Source of the DNA: a virus
Lineage: Duplodnaviria > Caudoviricetes
Virus record (IMG/VR): IMGVR_UViG_3300033407_000023
Location: 1 to 51,266 of that record
Strand: one strand, 5' to 3'
DNA: 51,266 bases
Position 1 is the first letter of the stretch. Every line of letters begins with the position of its first letter. The position numbers and the translations under genes are program-made. Below the pieces are notes generated by a model. The model did not search any database and was not told where the DNA came from. It was given only the letters and a program-made list of their open reading frames with translations. This document shows positions 47,101 to 51,266 of the stretch, one piece after another.

Positions 47101-50100
47101 GCAAGGGAACAGACACTTCAAGACCTGACGGAATTCCTTACCAACCTGTAAATTATCGTATCACTGAAGCGGATAAACTCGGGTCAGGGGGCTCAAGCAC
47201 CAAGGCCCGAGACAATATCAAAGCTATCAAAGTCCTTAAAGCCATCCAGAAAGAGAACCGACCGGCGACAGCTGAAGAACAGGCGTTATTGGTGAAGTAT
47301 GTCGGGTGGGGGGCATCCGAGCTGGCTAACTCGATCTTCCCGCAGAAAAAGTGGAGCCATGAAACACGGAGCTACGAAGAAAACTTTAAGAAAGGCTGGG
47401 CCTCAATGGGGGCGGAGCTTCAAAAGCTGCTGTCAAAAGAGGAATACGCGGCGGCGAAGCGTTCCACTCTCAATGCTCACTACACTTCAGAAAATGTTAT
47501 TAAAGGGATGTACAAGGCCCTTGAGAGGTTTGGGTACCGCGGCAATGGCCGGGCTCTTGAGCCGGGTAGCGGGATAGGAAACTTTCTTGGCCTTATCCCT
47601 GACAGTTTATCCGGAACCAGGTTCACAACTGTAGAGATGGATCCTGTTTCCGCAGGAATAGCCAAGGCGCTTTACCCCACGCACGATGTTCACACCATGG
47701 ATTATGCCAAATTCAAGGCCCCGGACAACTTCTTTGATATCGCAATCGGTAACCCACCATTTGATCAGACAACAATCGAAACAGATCCGGATTACGCACA
47801 ACATAAATTCGCCCTGCATGATTTCTTTTTTGCCAAAACCATAGACAAGGTTCGGCCTGGCGGCTTCATGGTCCTGGTGACGAGCAGGTACACCATGGAT
47901 AAAGCCAATGATAAGGCACGGGCGTATCTCAGTAAGAGGGCGGATTTGCTTGGAGCTATTCGCCTGCCCCAGACGGCTTTTAAAAAGAATGCCGGTACCG
48001 AGGTAGTAACTGACGTGCTCTTTCTGCAAAAGCGGGAAGCCGGCACTAAAGGTGAAGGGGCAGCATGGTCCACATTAAAAGAAATTCAGGCCCAGGATAA
48101 AAACCAGAAAGGCCATTCTTTCTATGTGAATGAATATTTCGCCGATCATCCCGAGATGGTGCTTGGCCATAACTCCGCCGAAGGATCGATGCACCAGGGT
48201 AATGAATATACAGTGAAGCCTTTACCGGGGAATATTGCCGATCATTTCTCTACGGCAGTAGGCAAATTACCGAAGGATATTTATCAGCAGGCAGAGCCGA
48301 CATTAAGTGAATTGGAGGTGGCAGAGATAGAATTTTCGCCATCTTCGATCAAGGAAGGAGGTTTTCACCTCGACAGGTCCGGCAATATTCTCCAGAAAGA
48401 AAACGGGGTCGGGCAAAAAGTCGCGGCTACCGGTAAGAAACAGCAGATCATCACTGACTTTGTTGCTCTGCGAGATGCCGTTCGGCAGGTGCTCTATGTG
48501 CAGATGAAGGGGGAAGGAGACAAAAGCCTGAAGGACGCACAAACGCGGATGGCGACCGCTTATGATCGGTTTGTTGGGAGTCACGGTGCAATTAATAAGG
48601 CAACCAGAGTAGTAAGAAAACTGGCGGACGATACAGAGTCGATCAGCTACCGCTACCCAAACTTTCAATACTTCAAAAGTGATCCGGATAGCTATCTGGT
48701 GGCAGCGATTGAAAAGTATGACCTTGATTCCGGCAAGACCAGCAAAGCGGACATATTTACTAAGCGGGTGATTGCTCCTGAAGTCGAACCAAAGATTGAG
48801 TCCCTGACCGATGCCCTCAATGTGACTCTCTACCAGGTGGGCAAGGTTGACATGGGGCGGGTTGCTAAGTTGATGCAGGTTTCTGAACAGGAAGCGATAG
48901 ACGGGCTGGGGACGGCAGTCTATTTTGACCCTGACGGCAGACGATGGGTGACTGATGACGAATACCTTTCGGGCGATGTTCGCTTAAAGCTTAAAAATGC
49001 CCTGGCTGCAGCGGTTATCGACGATAAGTTTCAAAGAAACGTCAAAGCGCTTGAAGCGGCACAGCCTGAAGATCTGCCTCCTTCCCGTATCACCATATCA
49101 CTTGGCATGCCGATACTTGAACCGGATCATATCAAACAATTTGCCGGTGAGGTCATTGGGATGGGGGTTCGGGTGGGCTATCTTCCGCAAGATGGCAGCT
49201 GGTCAATTACCACTGTCAGTGGAGAGCATTCGGCGGGTGCGACCAGCGACTTCGGTACAGCCAGAAGAAATGCGGCCCAGCTGCTCGGGGATGCTCTCAA
49301 TGGTCGAGCGGTAAAGATCTATGATCGGGATTCAGATGGCAACGCAGTATTCAATAAGGTTGCCACTGAAACAGCGACGGCCAAATTACAGAAGATCAAA
49401 GACCGGTTCAAGGCCTGGGTGTGGGAGGATGCGGGCCGGACGGAGGTGCTGGCGAAAAAATTCAACGAACTTTACAACACCACGGTCCCGAGAAATTACG
49501 GCGGAGACCATATAAAGGTAATGACCTTTCCCGGGATGAGCCGGACTATCGTTCCTTTTGATCATCAGAAGCGGGTGGCCTGGAGGGTAGTGCAGAAGGG
49601 CAATACTTATATGGCGCATTCTGTTGGGGCGGGAAAGACTATTGCCTCAATCATTGCCGGGATGGAGCAAAAGCGGCTGGGTATCAAAAAGAAACCGATG
49701 TGGACGGTACCAAACCATATGCTCAAACAATTTGCCGGGGAATTTCTGGAGCTGTACCCAGGAGCGAAATTGCTGGTTGCCGATGAAGCGCAGTTTTCTA
49801 AAGAAAACCGCAATCGTTTTATGGGCCGGGTGGCTGCAGAGAATTGGGATGGGATTATCCTTACTCATTCAGCATTTGGCAAAATCCCAATGTTACCTGA
49901 ATTTCAGGCTCAGTTTATAGAGGAACATCTTGAAGAAATAGAAATGATCATGCTGGAAACAGAAGGCGACTATGCCAAAACCAAGCAGATTGAACGACAT
50001 AAAAAGAGGCTGGAACAGAGGTTAGAAAAAATTCTGGCATCGCAGGCCAAAGACAAGGGAGTCACTTTTGAGGAAACCGGCATAGATCAGATTTTTGTTG

Positions 50101-51152
50101 ATGAAGCTCATGAGTTTCGAAAGCTTGATTTTGTAACCAACCAGAGTGGAATAAGCGGCATAGATCCTTCCGGCTCACAGATGGCTTTTGATCTCTATAC
50201 CAAAACGCGTTATCTGGAGACGTTAAGCCCAGGCCGTTCCACTGTTCTTATGAGCGGTACACCTATTACCAATACCATGGGGGAGGTGTTTACCCTGCAA
50301 CGGTACCTGCAGGAAGATAAGCTCAGGCAGCTTGGACTGCACCATTTTGACAGTTGGGCGGCTACCTTCGGCAATATGGTTACCACTCTGGAATCTACTC
50401 CGGCAGGATCTTATAAACCTGTTACCCGCTTTGGCGAATTCAATAACATGCCGTCCCTTGCAGGTATGTGGGCCGAAATAGGCGATGCGGTACATGCCAG
50501 AGACCTGCACTATCTTACTCGACCAAAGGTGAAGGGTGGAGGGCGAAGGCTGATTGTCGGCGAAACAAGTGAGGTGCAGCAGAACTACAAGAAATTGCTT
50601 GGCAAGCGGATTGAGTTGATCCAGAAGAGAAAAGGGCCACCAAAGAAGGGTGATGACATTATCCTTTCGGTTATTACCGATGGACGCCATGCGGCGCTTG
50701 ATGATCGTTTTATTAACCGTAATGCACCGGCAAGGCCTGATTCTAAAATTGAGTTGATGCTGGAAAAGGTATTCGGGGTCTGGGATCGCTCCAAAGAGCA
50801 GCGGTCAACACAGATGATTTTTTCTGATCTTGGTCTGCCCGGCACAGTGGAGAAGCGGGGATTCTCAGTCTACACCTATATTAAAGAGGAATTAGTCAAA
50901 CGTGGAGTGCCCGAAAACGAAATTGCTTTCATGCAGGATTATAAAAAATCCGACCAGAAGATAAAACTTTTTAAGGATATGAATGAGGGTAAGGTTCGGG
51001 TGTTAATTGGCTCTTCCCAGGCAATGGGTACTGGGGTCAACGCCCAGAGGAAGCTTATCGCCCTGCATCATTTTGACCCTGATTCGTACCTCCCGGCTAA
51101 TATTGAACAGCGTGAAGGCCGGATTGTCCGTCAGGGAAACGAGAAAGGCTAG
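44163..51152 (+). CDS. DarB-like virion protein: N-terminal hydrophobic ejection region, N6-adenine methyltransferase, SNF2-type helicase (probably 3'-truncated)
   Basis: LEPGSGIGNF and GNPPF methyltransferase motifs; HSVGAGKT, DEAH, MSGTP and QREGRIVRQGN helicase motifs; Gly/Ala hydrophobic stretch near the N-terminus. Confidence 0.9.
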   Translation: MTGQSIPSWEEIESSKSYQNAHPDHRNLARQQWLNDGGLEIEIKQRLAAPLPVEEPAVQPYAPERGIVGDIGSRLARGAVSTVELAGHALGTMGADKIGRKLVQTSEGLLKDVDFLKQDESEVKGEGFIKRGVMGGVESAVPSLSGGLGGAALGAGVGSVIPGVGTLAGGLIGGAAGALGLFGAGVYGKEKEAALKAGLSEEQAHKHGLEQGVIEGGIEFIATPIELLTGGFGKVATQPLKSTIKDLLKTPLKTMVKNYGKTMGVETSTEMLQSGLGNEFAKKHGMADGATTEAVLESIIPAITMSLMFGMGSQALTSVHKGQVKKALTDETVDENTRNAAVEEVYAQILPEDVELANVWKEMSTERITRGESINIDEDFTNYAVRKKTLEQGSDEGGSDDVVPGASVTSEGITENATSLPEEPKGVLSRVAEKVPRQVEEILPAAPVQAAAVAEQTPVQNDLLQGVANRASIENEPGTMAETGAPTENFTPVTAANSLQDIEDEYGFTVARQVEKARAAKEDISIDEAINRANTAIKESDEYKAAVLQERRTLRLTPREAMTLAKMRHDGVSVTADTDQLKKVYGSLQEKGIAAFDESNGGYTAVPVGELVTKGEDLTFKENGNDTMQQAGNTVDVQGEKGRVNEASRPGEESSSHIGAKAERDGQSQVNSIPETPGEAAQMVASHTTEQPGKENVEHQALLSIRNPKHTTLPTEAQRPAFKELVKNGFATTDGYTYSITKKGQGRLKELTPPVAGTKNKKTLSKNRAAATNLPEISDNETEGSGSPVDLNDGAKKTIKTEPVNDRPERTETATGADAVLPSMSDEAPQFSAKTEERADRPTEQKNNEEDEPTLVIKYLQTGKEEHIPIKDLKGKLPRKSTGKTPDKNLTPSAGKAIVEKITGGKQNGELRTDSPDVPRESEPTGTSKAGKGKDTGRVSTGRGGAVRGSGADNNQPDVKQPAGRNNGQNAKSEAGSEGSKGTDTSRPDGIPYQPVNYRITEADKLGSGGSSTKARDNIKAIKVLKAIQKENRPATAEEQALLVKYVGWGASELANSIFPQKKWSHETRSYEENFKKGWASMGAELQKLLSKEEYAAAKRSTLNAHYTSENVIKGMYKALERFGYRGNGRALEPGSGIGNFLGLIPDSLSGTRFTTVEMDPVSAGIAKALYPTHDVHTMDYAKFKAPDNFFDIAIGNPPFDQTTIETDPDYAQHKFALHDFFFAKTIDKVRPGGFMVLVTSRYTMDKANDKARAYLSKRADLLGAIRLPQTAFKKNAGTEVVTDVLFLQKREAGTKGEGAAWSTLKEIQAQDKNQKGHSFYVNEYFADHPEMVLGHNSAEGSMHQGNEYTVKPLPGNIADHFSTAVGKLPKDIYQQAEPTLSELEVAEIEFSPSSIKEGGFHLDRSGNILQKENGVGQKVAATGKKQQIITDFVALRDAVRQVLYVQMKGEGDKSLKDAQTRMATAYDRFVGSHGAINKATRVVRKLADDTESISYRYPNFQYFKSDPDSYLVAAIEKYDLDSGKTSKADIFTKRVIAPEVEPKIESLTDALNVTLYQVGKVDMGRVAKLMQVSEQEAIDGLGTAVYFDPDGRRWVTDDEYLSGDVRLKLKNALAAAVIDDKFQRNVKALEAAQPEDLPPSRITISLGMPILEPDHIKQFAGEVIGMGVRVGYLPQDGSWSITTVSGEHSAGATSDFGTARRNAAQLLGDALNGRAVKIYDRDSDGNAVFNKVATETATAKLQKIKDRFKAWVWEDAGRTEVLAKKFNELYNTTVPRNYGGDHIKVMTFPGMSRTIVPFDHQKRVAWRVVQKGNTYMAHSVGAGKTIASIIAGMEQKRLGIKKKPMWTVPNHMLKQFAGEFLELYPGAKLLVADEAQFSKENRNRFMGRVAAENWDGIILTHSAFGKIPMLPEFQAQFIEEHLEEIEMIMLETEGDYAKTKQIERHKKRLEQRLEKILASQAKDKGVTFEETGIDQIFVDEAHEFRKLDFVTNQSGISGIDPSGSQMAFDLYTKTRYLETLSPGRSTVLMSGTPITNTMGEVFTLQRYLQEDKLRQLGLHHFDSWAATFGNMVTTLESTPAGSYKPVTRFGEFNNMPSLAGMWAEIGDAVHARDLHYLTRPKVKGGGRRLIVGETSEVQQNYKKLLGKRIELIQKRKGPPKKGDDIILSVITDGRHAALDDRFINRNAPARPDSKIELMLEKVFGVWDRSKEQRSTQMIFSDLGLPGTVEKRGFSVYTYIKEELVKRGVPENEIAFMQDYKKSDQKIKLFKDMNEGKVRVLIGSSQAMGTGVNAQRKLIALHHFDPDSYLPANIEQREGRIVRQGNEKG
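46036..46254 (+). CDS. Candidate overprinted small gene in the +1 frame of darB
   Basis: AAGGAG (46023-28) lies 7 nt before ATG 46036; helical Leu/Lys/Gln-rich product. Confidence 0.4.
   Translation: MILCNRLEIRLMSKERKAELTKHQDQAKNLLLILEQKPKETVSPKLIAFLKLQAKQRRWWHLIQRSSREKKM
46885..47151 (+). CDS. Overprinted TnpV-like protein in the +1 frame of darB
   Basis: AGGAGG (46871-76) lies 8 nt before the ATG; YAQIARTFLANRNPQELQRLEKEKTLDGFL...IISQM pattern recalls TnpV; the host frame here is G/S/R low-complexity. Confidence 0.65.
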   Translation: MESYAQIARTFLANRNPQELQRLEKEKTLDGFLQDVEELYGDQEQTIISQMSSNLPEETMARMQSLKQAQRVAREQTLQDLTEFLTNL

Positions 51153-51265
51153 ACTTCATACTGCACCTCGTCTTGCTGTTGAGAGTTAATTTTTCTGGAA
51201 AGGCGCATTTGGCGAAGAGAAGCCATCAAGCCTTTATGTTTACCCTTGATCGGCGCCTCATCTCC
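51149..51265 (-). CDS. 3' end of a convergent ORF running off the window (possibly a transposase)
   Basis: Open frame ...GDEAPIKGKHKGLMASLRQMRLSRKINSQQQDEVQYEV*; its stop shares the CTAG palindrome with the darB stop. Confidence 0.4.
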   Translation of the reverse strand, partial: GDEAPIKGKHKGLMASLRQMRLSRKINSQQQDEVQYEV

Positions 51266-51266
51266 C

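Larger units (their letters stand above)
13088..51152 (+). mobile_element. Temperate podovirus-like prophage (core region; boundaries uncertain)
   Basis: Ordered immunity, replication, packaging, head, short-tail and DarB-like modules; no tape measure or sheath genes seen. Confidence 0.93.

Overview
Most of this window (about 13.1-51.2 kb, + strand) is a temperate podovirus-like prophage. It has an XRE repressor/Cro/CII-like switch, xis-like genes, a catalytic-domain-only tyrosine recombinase, an iteron-containing replication initiator, a C5 DNA methyltransferase, P22-type terminase and portal, a scaffold, an N4-gp56/DUF4043-type major capsid protein, short-tail/ejection genes and a giant DarB-like N6-methyltransferase/SNF2 helicase that appears cut short at the right edge. 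The left 13 kb is an integration hotspot and cargo region. It holds a tyrosine integrase followed by a second, orphan integrase C-terminus, and three tRNA 3'-half att remnants (Met, Thr, Arg), each with a terminator and arm-like tandem repeats. It also holds an HU gene, a Fic protein, a 2226-aa teneurin-like NHL/YD-Rhs protein with a C-terminal tip and an HExxH partner gene, and an HNH-like gene with integron-cassette hallmarks. A second cargo patch (22.3-25.8 kb) carries a frameshifted GNAT toxin-antitoxin pair, membrane and secreted proteins and a KAP NTPase relic. The most unusual signals are: (i) a family of stuttered GGGG(T/C)CA(G/A)GTCT sites directly 3' of four unrelated cargo genes, suggesting an uncharacterised cassette-capture system; (ii) two small genes with strong Shine-Dalgarno sequences overprinted in the +1 frame of the darB linker, one TnpV-like; and (iii) a roughly 260-nt closed, multi-hairpin leader RNA starting at the lytic promoter. 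The host is probably a Desulfobacterota member, inferred only from protein styles. All family calls come from motif recognition, not database searches.
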